From NCBI RefSeq assembly GCF_023055435.1, contig NW_025964361.1:6510001-6574000 (forward strand): a DNA stretch of 64,000 nt. The letters are read 5' to 3'. The stretch is from Haliotis rufescens (taxonomy: Eukaryota). Under the pieces are notes generated by a model. The model worked only from the letters and a program-made list of their open reading frames with translations, was not told where the DNA came from and searched no databases. The translations under genes and the position numbers were made by a program. Each line of letters opens with the position of its first letter. Position 1 is the stretch's first letter. Shown here piece after piece: positions 24,655 through 40,433 of the stretch.

Positions 24655-25639
24655 CTAAGAGAAGATCTTCCTAAAGAAGGCAGCCGCTCTCGTCAGCGCC
24701 TTTCTAAGGGGATGAATCTCTCTGCCATCCACAAAGCTGTGGTCGTCCTCGTCCTCGTACACCCAGTAGTCACTGTCATCGTCGTCACTTGGGGCAGGAT
24801 AGTAAGCGGCGTGGTTGATGGTGACGGGGGCGGGGAGCGTCTCACCGTAGACAGGGCGGGCCCAGAACGGAGTGAAAACGCTCAGGGGGTCGGGACAACG
24901 GGAAGGGGACACAGCCAGGGAACGCTACACATCGAGGGGTGGAGGGAGGGACAAAGGAAGTCAAGTGAGACAGAATTACGGGATACTTTTGCAAAGAAAA
25001 CGAATCACACTTTATTATAGGGACTGGGCAGACTTAATGTGCAACAAATCAGCTATACTAGACGGAAGAATTTATAGGGTGGGCATGTAAAACTACATAC
25101 ACAGTCGGACTCCTCATCCTGAGACGGCCACAAACTCACAGCCGCAGGAGTGCCATAATAGCGAATTATGTCCTCCCGAGCTGAAAAAGAAAAACGAAAG
25201 CTAGCCTCAGTTAAATGTACGCCGACGGCTACGTTCAAAAAATCACAATTCATGACTTCTGACAGCTACAGTATGCCACTCGACCTCGGCCCTTTGACAC
25301 CTCGAAGTCCAAGTGTATGTAGGGTTACGGGCTGTACTGCAAGACGACATTTAACCAATAAAATGGGCCAAACAGCTGCCTTTCACGGAATACGGGTTAT
25401 CTTACATCTGTACAACATCGCCCGACACTATAATGTACGAACAGGTTTCATCTGAGAACCACATGTCAAGTTTACAATCTAACATTTTCAGTTATGACAA
25501 TTGCAAATGGCGGCCGCCATCTTCAGTCCCGATACTGCTGCCTAACAACGACCAATTTCACGTCTAATTTAGCATGTTAATACTGTTAAGTGGAATAATT
25601 ATGATCTTAAATACCTTGAATGTGAAGCCTTGTATTCAT
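24655..25639 (-). CDS. Orphan 3-exon gene, copy 7 (D89G); 3'UTR interrupted by solo-LTR-like element
   Basis: Same exon structure; frame intact. Confidence 0.85.
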
Positions 25640-27630
25640 CTTGGAAGAAGACACACTTGGAATGATACAGCAGTGAGCGAAACGTAGAGGTCTGCGGAGC
25701 AAAAGCGATCGTTTTTCTGTTGAAAACAGAAGGGACGTCGATAACGGCAACGGTAACTACGTTACGGAGTTCGATGAGTCAGAACGAGGCTCATCGCCAG
25801 CTTCCGGCGTGGTAAAGCCTAATGACATTGCCAAGGGTGAAAACTGCCGGGTTTATTTCGTCTGAACACCGGTATTAAGTTGTATCTTACAACTGAAACG
25901 TTGCCTACATCAGTTCAGAGTTTGAAAAAATTGTGCAGGTGAAACTGGGTGTTTTTCGTGCCTCCATTACCTGAAACAGGGTGAATTTTGTTCACTTTGA
26001 TATGGACATTAACCTTAAACGTTTGCTAGGCCGAATAGCGATACCATATAACGACCCTCTATTATACTAGCCTTCACAATACCTTTTACATTCGACAAAC
26101 TGACACGGGCTAGCAGGCTAGTAAGAATGCACATCTCTGATAATCCAAGTGGGATTTGGGAATTATTCCCAAGCCTACAGGGATAAAATAAAAGTTAAAT
26201 GGTACTGGTATTTTCCAACGTGTGCAGCGACAGTTCTTATTTGGTTTGATTTCTAATCTGGAAACACGACGACAAAAGAAAATAGCTAATAGGAGAGAAA
26301 GATAAATGACAAGCATATTGGTTTTTACTACACTGGGCCTGAGGGGCCGACCATTTCATGTTCCTTTGGAAGGGGGAGTGGGCGACGTTGGATTTTGTAT
26401 GGAGACTAGATATTTTTCAGCTACAAATGCAAAATCAGTTAATATAAACTATGAGCCTAAATAAAACATTTTTCAAAAACCCACCTTGCAACAACGTATT
26501 TTTGGTGGCCGACATGTTCTTTTTGTCCAACAGATGGAAGCATATTTAGTTTTCAATCAACTTTGGAGACAATATATTTTTTTCTGAAAAAATCCTAGCC
26601 ACCCACACACTCACAGTCAGAGAAATCCTATTGACCGTCCCATTTTGAAAACCTTGATGTGGACGTACAGGGGTAGAATTCAGACCCCTTGTATCATTTA
26701 GGTATTTTTGTAGAATGCCAGATACGAATATTACGGCATATATATATATTAATCTACTCTTGCATACAAGTGGGTGTCAATATAGGCTTTCTACTTGCGC
26801 CTGGCCTCGGCCTATGTATAAAAGCATGCCCTCTGCAATTTCTGAAGACCACGGGCCAAAAGACCAGCAGTGAGGTGATGAGACGAGTGGAATCCAATAT
26901 TGACTGAGGCGAAGGGAGATCACTCTCAATCCCTTGTCCGACTACTGCTATTAGTTGGGTGAAGTGCTCGTAATATATCCCATGTGGCGACACTTGTGTT
27001 TTAGAGAAGAAAGGCAATTCTCGATTCGCACTCCTTTATAAAGGAAGCCACAATTATTGTTACATTAGAAACGATTAGCTATTATATTGGAATATAAAGT
27101 TTATTCCAGATAACAAAATATCAGAGAGCTGTCCTCGGAGAATATCCCGTGTCACAATTGTCGCCACATAAACATTTAGAAGTGTCTGATCTTAAGGTAA
27201 CCCCACCTATTTAGAAATCTTCTGCTAAGTGCAGATCATGAAATTGGGACACAGCAGCACAGCAATATAGAGGCAGCATTCACTTTTTAACAATATCCAT
27301 ATGAATTTATGTCTCATGTTCGGAAATCTTGGGATTTGGCCAATATTGCGATGCTGCTGTCGCCCATATATTATAAGCTGTAAGGAAGAAACACTGTAGA
27401 GAAAACAGACGACTTGTGTATACATTACAGAAACATTTATTCAGATGACCGAAAGTCGAAAGTAATATGCCTCAAGGGAGATCCAAAAACTGGCAAAATT
27501 GTATAGAAAGTATGGTCTTGTGCCATGCTAATAAGCCAAGAGGTTTGCCGAAAGGAAACTGAAAGTTGGGCCAAGACTGTGAGCCTAAAAATACGCCAAA
27601 AATACGCTAAGAGCGGGTATATGGAATGGT

Positions 27631-27707
<77 letters not shown>

Positions 27708-27830
27708 CATGTATGCTCGTTCATTCACTCTAACCCTCACCTCTAACATACATACACTCTCCCTCTCACACATACAAACATACATACACACATTATTATA
27801 CATACATGCTCATTCACTCTCTCATACTCA

Positions 27831-28206
27831 CACACAAATACACACACATACATGCATACAGACAGACAGACAGACATGCCGATTCAATCTTTCATTTACT
27901 CTCACACACGCACACAATACACACACACACACAAACATACATATTCATTCAGTCTCTCTTTCTCACACACATATACATATACATACACACACATGCATGT
28001 TCATTCAAACTTATATTTACTCACACACAAATACACACACATACATGCATACAGACAGACAGACAGACATGCCGATTCAATCTTTCATTTACTCTCACAC
28101 ACGCACACAATACACACACACACACACAAACATACATATTCATTCAGTCTCTCTTTCTCACACACATATACATACACACACATGCATGTTCATTCAAACT
28201 TATATT
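27831..28206. repeat. ~190-bp tandem duplication of the 3'UTR microsatellite module, shared by units 8, 9 and 10 (also ~31562-31937, ~35279-35668)
   Basis: The module cacacaaatacacacacatacatgcatacagacagac...caaacttatatt occurs twice; it explains the ~3.73-kb unit length. Confidence 0.92.
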
Positions 28207-28385
28207 NNNNNNNNNNNNNNNNNNNNNNNNNNNNNNNNNNNNNNNNNNNNNNNNNNNNNNNNNNNNNNNNNNNNNNNNNNNNNNNNNNNNNNNNNNNNNN
28301 NNNNNNNNNNNNNNNNNNNNNNNNNNNNNNNNNNNNNNNNNNNNNNCTCACTTGCACACATTCAGACATTAAAAGGATAAGGAGT

Positions 28386-29370
28386 CTAAGAGAAGATCTT
28401 CCTAAAGAAGGCAGCCGCTCTCGTCAGCGCCTTTCTAAGGGGATGAATCTCTCTGTCATCCACAAAGCTGTGGTCGTCCTCGTCCTCGTACACCCAGTAG
28501 TCACTGTCATCGTCGTCACTTGGGGCAGGATAGTAAGCGGCGTGGTTGATGGTGACGGGGGCGGGGAGCGTCTCACCGTAGACAGGGCGGGCCCAGAACG
28601 GAGTGAAAACGCTCAGGGGGTCGGGACAACGGGAAGGGGACACAGCCAGGGAACGCTACACATCGAGGGGTGGAGGGAGGGACAAAGGAAGTCAAGTGAG
28701 ACAGAAATACGGGATACTTTTGCAAAGAAAACGAATCACACTTTATTATAGGGACTGGGCAGACTTAATGTGCAACAAATCAGCTATACTAGACGGAAGA
28801 ATTTATAGGGTGGGCATGTAAAACTACATACACAGTCGGACTCCTCATCCTGAGACGGCCACAAACTCACAGCCGCAGGAGTGCCATAATAGCGAATTAT
28901 GTCCTCCCGAGCTGAAAAAGAAAAACGAAAGCTAGCCTCAGTTAAATGTACGCCGACGGCTACGTTCAAAAAATCACAATTCATGACTTCTGACAGCTAC
29001 AGTATGCCACTCGACCTCGGCCCTTTGACACCTCGAAGTCCAAGTGTATGTAGGGTTACGGGCTGTACTGCAAGACGACATTTAACCAATAAAATTGGCC
29101 AAACAGCTGCCTTTCACGGAATACGGGTTATCTTACATCTGTACAACATCGCCCGACACTATAATGTACGAACAGGTTTCATCTGAGAACCACATGTCAA
29201 GTTTACAATCTAACATTTCCAGTTATGACAATTGCAAATGGCGGCCGCCATCTTCAGTCCCGATAATGCTGCCTAACAACGACCAATTTCACGTCTAATT
29301 TAGCATGTTAATACTGTTAAGTGGAATAATTGTGATCTTAAATACCTTGAATGTGAAGCCTTGTATTCAT
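28386..29370 (-). CDS. Orphan 3-exon gene, copy 8
   Basis: Same exon structure; frame intact. Confidence 0.85.
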
Positions 29371-31361
29371 CTTGGAAGAAGACACACTTGGAATGATACA
29401 GCAGTGAGCGAAACGTAGAGGTCAGCGGAGCAAAAGCGATCGTTTTTCTGTTGAAAACAGAAGGGACGTCGATAACGGCAACGGTAACTACGTTACGGAG
29501 TTCGATGAGTCAGAACGAGGCTCATCGCCAGCTTCCGGCGTGGTAAAGCCTTATGGCATTGCCAAGGGTGAAAACTGCCGGGTTTATTTCGTCTGAACAC
29601 CGGTATTAAGTTGTATCTTGCAACTGAGACGTTGCCTACATCAGTTCAGAGTTTGAAAAAATTGTGCAGGTGAAACTGGGTGTTTTTCGTGCCTCCATTA
29701 CCCGAAACAGGGTGAACTTTGTTCACTTTGATATGGACATTAACCTTAAACGTTTGCTAGGCCGAATAGCGATACCATATAACGACCCTCTATTATACTA
29801 GCCTTCACAATACCTTTTACATTCGACAAACTGACACGGGCTAGCAGGCTAGTAAGAATGCACATCTCTGATAATCCAAGTGGGATTTGGGAATTATTCC
29901 CAAGCCTACAGGGATAAAATAAAAGTTAAATGGTACTGGTATTTTCCAACGTGTGCAGCGACAGTTCTTATTTGGTTTGATTTCTAATCTGGAAACACGA
30001 CGACAAAAGAAAATAGCTAATAGGAGAGAAAGATAAATGACAAGCATATTGGTTTTTACTACACTGGGCCTGAGGGGCCGACCATTTCATGTTCCTTTGG
30101 AAGGGGGAGTGGGCGACGTTGGATTTTGTATGGAGACTAGATATTTTTCAGCTACAAATGCAAAATCAGTTAATATAAACTATGAGCCTAAATAAAACAT
30201 TTTTCAAAAACCCACCTTGCAACAACGTATTTTTGGTGGCCGACATGTTCTTTTTGTCCAACAGATGGAAGCATATTTAGTTTTCAATCAACTTTGGAGA
30301 CAATATATTTTTTTCTGAAAAAATCCTAGCCACCCACACACTCACAGTCAGAGAAATCCTATTGACCGTCCCATTTTGAAAACCTTGATGTGGACGTACA
30401 GGGGTAGAATTCAGACCCCTTGTATCATTTAGGTATTTTTGTAGAATGCCAGATACGAATATTACGGCATATATATATATTAATCTACTCTTGCATACAA
30501 GTGGGTGTCAATATAGGCTTTCTACTTGCGCCTGGCCTCGGCCTATGTATAAAAGCATGCCCTCTGCAATTTCTGAAGACCACGGGCCAAAAGACCAGCA
30601 GTGAGGTGATGAGACGAGTGGAATCCAATATTGACTGAGGCGAAGGGAGATCACTCTCAATCCCTTGTCCGACTACTGCTATTAGTTGGGTGAAGTGCTC
30701 GTAATATATCCCATGTGGCGACACTTGTGTTTTAGAGAAGAAAGGCAATTCTCGATTCGCACTCCTTTATAAAGGAAGCCACAATTATTGTTACATTAGA
30801 AACGATTAGCTATTATATTGGAATATAAAGTTTATTCCAGATAACAAAATATCAGAGAGCTGTCCTCGGAGAATATCCCGTGTCACAATTGTCGCCACAT
30901 AAACATTTAGAAGTGTCTGATCTTAAGGTAACCCCACCTATTTAGAAATCTTCTGCTAAGTGCAGATCATGAAATTGGGACACAGCAGCACAGCAATATA
31001 GAGGCAGCATTCACTTTTTAACAATATCCATATGAATTTATGTCTCATGTTCGGAAATCTTGGGATTTGGCCAATATTGCGATGCTGCTGTCGCCCATAT
31101 ATTATAAGCTGTAAGGAAGAAACACTGTAGAGAAAACAGACGACTTGTGTATACATTACAGAAACATTTATTCAGATGACCGAAAGTCGAAAGTAATATG
31201 CCTCAAGGGAGATCCAAAAACTGGCAAAATTGTATAGAAAGTATGGTCTTGTGCCATGCTAATAAGCCAAGAGGTTTGCCGAAAGGAAACTGAAAGTTGG
31301 GCCAAGACTGTGAGCCTAAAAATACGCCAAAAATACGCTAAGAGCGGGTATATGGAATGGT

Positions 31362-31438
<77 letters not shown>

Positions 31439-32116
31439 CATGTATGCTCGTTCATTCACTCTAACCCTCACCTCTAACATACATACACTCTCCCTCTCAC
31501 ACATACAAACATACATACACACATTATTATACATACATGCTCATTCACTCTCTCATACTCACACACAAATACACACACATACATGCATACAGACAGACAG
31601 ACAGACATGCCGATTCAATCTTTCATTTACTCTCACACACGCACACAATACACACACACACACAAACATACATATTCATTCAGTCTCTCTTTCTCACACA
31701 CATATACATATACATACACACACATGCATGTTCATTCAAACTTATATTTACTCACACACAAATACACACACATACATGCATACAGACAGACAGACAGACA
31801 TGCCGATTCAATCTTTCATTTACTCTCACACACGCACACAATACACACACACACACACAAACATACATATTCATTCAGTCTCTCTTTCTCACACACATAT
31901 ACATACACACACATGCATGTTCATTCAAACTTATATTNNNNNNNNNNNNNNNNNNNNNNNNNNNNNNNNNNNNNNNNNNNNNNNNNNNNNNNNNNNNNNN
32001 NNNNNNNNNNNNNNNNNNNNNNNNNNNNNNNNNNNNNNNNNNNNNNNNNNNNNNNNNNNNNNNNNNNNNNNNNNNNNCTCACTTGCACACATTCAGACAT
32101 TAAAAGGATAAGGAGT

Positions 32117-33101
32117 CTAAGAGAAGATCTTCCTAAAGAAGGCAGCCGCTCTCGTCAGCGCCTTTCTAAGGGGATGAATCTCTCTGTCATCCACAAAGCT
32201 GTGGTCGTCCTCGTCCTCGTACACCCAGTAGTCACTGTCATCGTCGTCACTTGGGGCAGGATAGTAAGCGGCGTGGTTGATGGTGACGGGGGCGGGGAGC
32301 GTCTCACCGTAGACAGGGCGGGCCCAGAACGGAGTGAAAACGCTCAGGGGGTCGGGACAACGGGAAGGGGACACAGCCAGGGAACGCTACACATCGAGGG
32401 GTGGAGGGAGGGACAAAGGAAGTCAAGTGAGACAGAAATACGGGATACTTTTGCAAAGAAAACGAATCACACTTTATTATAGGGACTGGGCAGACTTAAT
32501 GTGCAACAAATCAGCTATACTAGACGGAAGAATTTATAGGGTGGGCATGTAAAACTACATACACAGTCGGACTCCTCATCCTGAGACGGCCACAAACTCA
32601 CAGCCGCAGGAGTGCCATAATAGCGAATTATGTCCTCCCGAGCTGAAAAAGAAAAACGAAAGCTAGCCTCAGTTAAATGTACGCCGACGGCTACGTTCAA
32701 AAAATCACAATTCATGACTTCTGACAGCTACAGTATGCCACTCGACCTCGGCCCTTTGACACCTCGAAGTCCAAGTGTATGTAGGGTTACGGGCTGTACT
32801 GCAAGACGACATTTAACCAATAAAATTGGCCAAACAGCTGCCTTTCACGGAATACGGGTTATCTTACATCTGTACAACATCGCCCGACACTATAATGTAC
32901 GAACAGGTTTCATCTGAGAACCACATGTCAAGTTTACAATCTAACATTTCCAGTTATGACAATTGCAAATGGCGGCCGCCATCTTCAGTCCCGATAATGC
33001 TGCCTAACAACGACCAATTTCACGTCTAATTTAGCATGTTAATACTGTTAAGTGGAATAATTGTGATCTTAAATACCTTGAATGTGAAGCCTTGTATTCA
33101 T
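32117..33101 (-). CDS. Orphan 3-exon gene, copy 9
   Basis: Same exon structure; apparently identical to copy 8 at offset 3731. Confidence 0.83.
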
Positions 33102-35096
33102 CTTGGAAGAAGACACACTTGGAATGATACAGCAGTGAGCGAAACGTAGAGGTCAGCGGAGCAAAAGCGATCGTTTTTCTGTTGAAAACAGAAGGGACGT
33201 CGATAACGGCAACGGTAACTACGTTACGGAGTTCGATGAGTCAGAACGAGGCTCATCGCCAGCTTCCGGCGTGGTAAAGCCTTATGGCATTGCCAAGGGT
33301 GAAAACTGCCGGGTTTATTTCGTCTGAACACCGGTATTAAGTTGTATCTTGCAACTGAGACGTTGCCTACATCAGTTCAGAGTTTGAAAAAATTGTGCAG
33401 GTGAAACTGGGTGTTTTTCGTGCCTCCATTACCCGAAACAGGGTGAACTTTGTTCACTTTGATATGGACATTAACCTTAAACGTTTGCTAGGCCGAATAG
33501 CGATACCATATAACGACCCTCTATTATACTAGCCTTCACAATACCTTTTACATTCGACAAACTGACACGGGCTAGCAGGCTAGTAAGAATGCACATCTCT
33601 GATAATCCAAGTGGGATTTGGGAATTATTCCCATGCCTACAGGGATAAAATAAAAGTTAAATGGTACTGGTATTTTCCAACGTGTGCAGCAACAGTTCTT
33701 ATTTTGTTTGATTTCTAATCTGGAAACACGACGACCACAGAAAATAGCTAATAGGAGAGAAAGATAAATGACAAGCATATTGGTTTTTACTACACTAGGC
33801 CTGAGGGGCCGACCATTTCATGTTCCTTTGGAAGGGGGAGTGGGCGACGTTGGATTTTGTATGGAGACTAGATATTTTTCAGCTACAAATGCAAAATCAG
33901 TTAATATAAACTATGAGCCTAAATAAAACATTTTTCAAAAACCCACCTTGCAACAACGTATTTTTGGTGGCCGACATGTTCTTTTTGTCCAACAGATGGA
34001 AGCATATTTAGTTTTCAATCAACTTTGGAGACAATATATTTTTTTCTGAAAAAATCCTAGCCACCCACACACTCACAGTCAGAGAAATCCTATTGACCGT
34101 CCCATTTTGAAAACCTTGATGTGGACGTACAGGGGTAGAATTCAGACCCCTTGTATCATTTAGGTATTTTTGTAGAATGCCAGATACGAATATTACGTCA
34201 TATATATATATATATTAATCTACTCTTGCATACAAGTGGGTGTCAATATAGGCTTTCTACTTGCGCCTGGCCTCGGCCTATGTATAAAAGCATGCCCTCT
34301 GCAATTTCTGAAGACCACGGGCCAAAAGACCAGCAGTGAGGTGATGAGACGAGTGGAATCCAATATTGACTGAGGCGAAGGGAGATCACTCTCAATCCCT
34401 TGTCCGACTACTGCTATTAGTTGGGTGAAGTGCTCGTAATATATCCCATGTGGCGACACTTGTGTTTTAGAGAAGAAAGGCAATTCTCGATTCGCACTCC
34501 TTTATAAAGGAAGCCACAATTATTGTTACATTAGAAACGATTAGCTATTATATTGGAATATAAAGTTTATTCCAGATAACAAAATATCAGAGAGCTGTCC
34601 TCGGAGAATATCCCGTGTCACAATTGTCGCCACATAAACATTTAGAAGTGTCTGATCTTAAGGTAACCCCACCTATTTAGAAATCTTCTGCTAAGTGCAG
34701 ATCATGAAATTGGGACACAGCAGCACAGCAATGTAGAGGCAGCATTCACTTTTTAACAATATCCATATGAATTTATGTCTCATGTTCGGAAATCTTGGGA
34801 TTTGACCAATATTGCGATGCTGCTGTCGCCCATATATTATTAGCTGTAAGGAAGAAACACTGTAGAGAAAACAGACGACTTGTGTATACATTACAGAAAC
34901 ATTTATTCAGATGACCGAAAGTCGAAAGTAATATGCCTCAAGGGAGATCCAAAAACTGGCAAAATTGTATAGAAAGTATGGTCTTGTGCCATGCTAATGA
35001 GCCAAGAGGTTTGCCGAAAGGAAACTGAAAGTTGGGCCAAGACTGTGAGCCTAAAAATACGCCAAAAATACGCTAAGAGCGGGTATATGGAATGGT

Positions 35097-35155
<59 letters not shown>

Positions 35156-35855
35156 CATGTATGCTCGTTCATTCACTCTAACCCTCACCTCTAACATACA
35201 TACACTCTCCCTCTCACACATACAAACATACATACACACATTATTATACACACATGCTCATTCACTCTCTCACACTCACACACAAATACACACACATACA
35301 TGCATACAGACAGACAGACAGACATGCCGATTCAATCTTTCATTTACTCTCACACACGCACACAATACACATACACACACACACACAAACATACATATTC
35401 ATTCAGTCTCTCTTTCTCACACACATATACATACACACACATGCATGTTCATTCAAACTTATATTTACTCACACACAAATACACACACATACATGCATAC
35501 AGACAGACAGACAGACAGACAGACATGCCGATTCAATCTTTCATTTACTCTCACACACGCACACAATACACACACACACACACACACACAAACATACATA
35601 TTCATTCAGTCTCTCTTTCTCACACACATATACATACACACACATGCATGTTCATTCAAACTTATATTNNNNNNNNNNNNNNNNNNNNNNNNNNNNNNNN
35701 NNNNNNNNNNNNNNNNNNNNNNNNNNNNNNNNNNNNNNNNNNNNNNNNNNNNNNNNNNNNNNNNNNNNNNNNNNNNNNNNNNNNNNNNNNNNNNNNNNNN
35801 NNNNNNNNNNNNNNNNCTCACTTGCACACATTCAGACATTAAAAGGATAAGGAGT

Positions 35856-36845
35856 CTAAGAGAAGATCTTCCTAAAGAAGGCAGCCGCTCTCGTCAGCGC
35901 CTTTCTAAGGGGATGAATCTCTCTGTCATCCACAAAGCTGTGGTCGTCCTCGTCCTCGTACACCCAGTAGTCACTGTCATCGTCGTCACTTGGGGCAGGA
36001 TAGTAAGCGGCGTGGTTGATGGTGACGGGGGCGGGGGCGGGGAGCGTCTCACCGTAGACAGGGCGGGCCCAGAACGGAGTGAAAACGCTCAGGGGGTCGG
36101 GACAACGGGAAGGGGACACAGCCAGGGAACGCTACACATCGAGGGATGGAGGGAGGGACAAAGGAAGTCAAGTGAGACAGAAATACGGGATACTTTCGCA
36201 AAGAAACGAATCACACTTCATTATAGGGACTGGGCAGACTTAATGTGCAACAAATCAGCTATACTAGACGGAAGAATTTATAGGGTGGGCATGTAAAACT
36301 ACATACACAGTCGGACTCCTCATCCTGAGACGGCCACAAACTCACAGCCGCAGGAGTGCCATAATAGCGAATTATGTCCTCCCGAGCTGAAAAAGAAAAA
36401 CGAAAGCTAGCCTCAGTTAAATGTACGCCGACGGCTACGTTCAAAAAATCACAATTCATGACTTCTGACAGCTACAGTATGCCACTCGACCTCGGCCCTT
36501 TGACACCTCGAAGTCCAAGTGTATGTAGGGTTACGGGCTGTGCTGCAGGACGACATTTAACCAATAAAATGGGCCAAACAGCTGCCTTTCACGGAATACG
36601 GGTTATCTTACATCTGTACAACATCGCCCGACACTATAATGTACGAACAGGTTTCATCTGAGAACCACATGTCAAGTTTACAATCTAACATTTTCAGTTA
36701 TGACAATTGCAAATGGCGGCCGCCATCTTCAGTCCCGATACTGCTGCCTAACAACGACCAATTTCACGTCTAATTTAGCATGTTAATACTGTTAAGTGGA
36801 ATAATTGTGATCTTAAATACCTTGAATGTGAAGCCTTGTATTCAT
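35856..36845 (-). CDS. Orphan 3-exon gene, copy 10; 113 aa (in-frame 6-nt duplication, LPAPAPV)
   Basis: GGGGCG duplicated at ~36033 in exon 3; a 1-nt deletion in intron 2. Confidence 0.85.
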
Positions 36846-38876
36846 CTTGGAAGAAGACACACTTGGAATGATACAGCAGTGAGCGAAACGTAGAGGTCAG
36901 CGGAGCAAAAGCGATCGTTTTTCTGTTGAAAACAGAAGGGACGTCGATAACGGCAACGGTAACTACGTTACGGAGTTCGATGAGTCAGAACGAGGCTCAT
37001 CGCCAGCTTCCGGCGTGGTAAAGCCTTATGGCATTGCCAAGGGTGAAAACTGCCGGGTTTATTTCGTCTGAACACCGGTATTAAGTTGTATCTTGCAACT
37101 GAGACGTTGCCTACATCAGTTCAGAGTTTGAAAAAATTGTGCAGGTGAAACTGGGTGTTTTTCGTGCCTCCATTACCCGAAACAGGGTGAACTTTGTTCA
37201 CTTTGATATGGACATTAACCTTAAACGTTTGCTAGGCCGAATAGCGATACCATATAACGACCCTCTATTATACTAGCCTTCACAATACCTTTTACATTCG
37301 ACAAACTGACACGGGCTAGCAGGCTAGTAAGAATGCACATCTCTGATAATCCAAGTGGGATGTGGGAATTATTCCCAAGCCTACAGGGATAAAATAAAAG
37401 TTCAATGGTACTGGTATTTTCCAACGTGTGCAGCGACAGTTCTTATTTGGTTTGATTTCTAATCTGGAAACACGACGACCACAGAAAATAGCTAAAAGGA
37501 GAGAAAGATAAATGACAAGCATATTGGTTTTTACTACACTAGGCCTGAGGGGCCGACCCTTTCATGTTCCTTTGGAAGGGGGAATGGGCGACGTTGGATT
37601 TTGTATGGAGACTAGATATTTTTCAGCTACAAATGCAAAATCAGTTAATATAAACTATGAGCCTAAATAAAACATTTTTCAAAAACCCACCTTGCAACAA
37701 CGAATTTTTGGTGGCGGACATGTTCTTTTTGTCCAACAGATGGAAGCATATTTAGTTTTCAATCAACTTTTGAGACAATATATTTTTTTCTGAAAAAATC
37801 CTAGCCACCCACACACTCACAGTCAGAGAAATCCTATTGACCGTCCCATTTTGAAAACCTTGATGTGGACGTACAGGGGTAGAATTCAGACCCCTTGTAT
37901 CATTTAGGTATTTTTGTACAATGCAAGATACGAATATTACGTCATATATATATATATATTAATCTACTCTTGCATACAAGTGGGTGTCAATATAGGCTTT
38001 CTACTTGCGCCTGGCCTCGGCCTATGTATAAAAGCATGCCCTCTGCAATTTCTGAAGACCACGGGCCAAAAGATCAGCAGTGAGGTGATGAGACGAGTGG
38101 AATCCAATATTGACTGAGGCGAAGGGAGATCACTCTCAATCCCTTGTCCGACTACTGCTATTAGTTGGGTGAAGTGCTCGTAATATATCCCATGTGGCGA
38201 CACTTGTGTTTTAGAGAAGAAAGGCAATTCTCGATTCGCACTCCTTCATAAAGGAAGCCACAATTATTGTTACATTAGAAACGATTAGCTATTATATTGG
38301 AATATAAAATTTATTCCAGATAACAAAGTATCAGAGAGCTGTCCTCGGAGAATATCCCGTGTCACAATTGTCGCCACATAAACATTTAGAAGTGTCTGAT
38401 CTTAAGGTAACCCCACCTATTTAGAAATCTTCTGCTAAGTGCAGATTATGAAATTGGGACACAGCAGCACAGCAATATAGAGGCAGCATTCACTTTTTAA
38501 CAATATCCATATGAATTTATGTCTCATGTTCGGAAATCTTGGGATTTGGCCAATATTGCGATGCTGCTGTCGCCCATATATTATTAGCTGTAAGGAAGAA
38601 ACACTGTAGAGAAAACAGACGACTTGTGTATACATTACAGAAACATTTATTCAGATGACCGAAAGTCGAAAGTAATATGCCTCAAGGGAGATCCAAAAAC
38701 GGGCCAAAATTGTATAGAAAGTATGGTCTTGTGCCATGCTAATAAGCCAATAGGTTTGCCGAAAGGAAACTGAAAGTTGGGCCAAAACTGTGAGCCTAAA
38801 AATACGCCAAAAATACGCAAAGAGTGGGTATATGGAATGGTAGTCTCTCTCTCTCTATATATATATATGGAATGGT

Positions 38877-38928
<52 letters not shown>

Positions 38929-39142
38929 ATACATGTATGCTCGTTCATTCACTCTAACTCTCACCTCTAACATACATACACTCTCCCTCTCACACATACA
39001 AACACCCATACACACATTATTATACATACATGCTCATTGACTCTCTCACACTCACACACAAATACACACACATACATGCATACAGACAGACAGACAGACA
39101 TGCCAATTCAATCTTTCATTTGCTCTCACACACACGCACACA

Positions 39143-39195
<53 letters not shown>

Positions 39196-39448
39196 TACAT
39201 ATTCATTCAGTCTCTCTTTCTCACACACATATACATACACACACATGCATGTTCATTCAAACTTATATTNNNNNNNNNNNNNNNNNNNNNNNNNNNNNNN
39301 NNNNNNNNNNNNNNNNNNNNNNNNNNNNNNNNNNNNNNNNNNNNNNNNNNNNNNNNNNNNNNNNNNNNNNNNNNNNNNNNNNNNNNNNNNNNNNNNNNNN
39401 NNNNNNNNNCTCACTTGCACACATTCAGACATTAAAAGGATAAGGAGT

Positions 39449-40433
39449 CTAAGAGAAGATCTTCCTAAAGAAGGCAGCCGCTCTCGTCAGCGCCTTTCTA
39501 AGGGGATGAATCTCTCTGTCATCCACAAAGCTGTGGTCGTCCTCGTCCTCGTACACCCAGTAGTCACTGTCATCGTCGTCACTTGGGGCAGGATAGTAAG
39601 CGGCGTGGTTGATGGTGACGGGGACGGGGAGCGTCTCACCGTAGACAGGGCGGGCCCAGAACGGAGTGAAAACGCTCAGGGGGTCGGGACAACGGGAAGG
39701 GGACACAGCCAGGGAACGCTACACATCGAGGGGTGGAGGGAGGGACAAAGGAAGTCAAGTGAGACAGAAATACGGGATACTTTTGCAAAGAAAACGAATC
39801 ACACTTTATTATAGGGACTGGGCAGACTTAATGTGCAACAAATCAGCTAAACTAGACGGAAGAATTTATAGGGTGGGCATGTAAAACTACATACACAGTC
39901 GGACTTCTCATCCTGAGACGGCCACAAACTCACAGCCGCAGGAGTGCCATAATAGCGAATTATGTCCTCCTGAGCTGAAAAAGAAAAACGAAAGCTAGCC
40001 TTAGTTAAATGTACGCCGACGGCTACGTTAAAAAAATCACAATTCATGACTTCTGACAGCTACAGTATGCCACTCGACCTCGGCCCTTTGACACCTCGAA
40101 GTCCAAGTGTATGTAGGGTTACAGGCTGTGCTGCAAGACGACATTTAACCAATAAAATGGGCCAAACAGCTGCCTTTCACGGAATACGGGTTATCTTACA
40201 TCTGTACAACATCGCCCGACACTATAATGTACGAACAGGTTTCATCTGAGAACCACATGTCAAGTTTACAATCTAACATTTTCAGTTATGACAATTGCAA
40301 ATGGCGGCCGCCATCTTCAGTCCCGATACTGCTGCCTAACAACGACCAATTTCACGTCTAATTTAGCATGTTAATACTGTTAAGTGGAATAATTGTGATC
40401 TTAAATACCTTGAATGTGAAGCCTTGTATTCAT
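39449..40433 (-). CDS. Orphan 3-exon gene, copy 11 (R10Q, A54V), in the most diverged unit
   Basis: Splice sites and frame intact despite deletions elsewhere in the unit. Confidence 0.83.
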
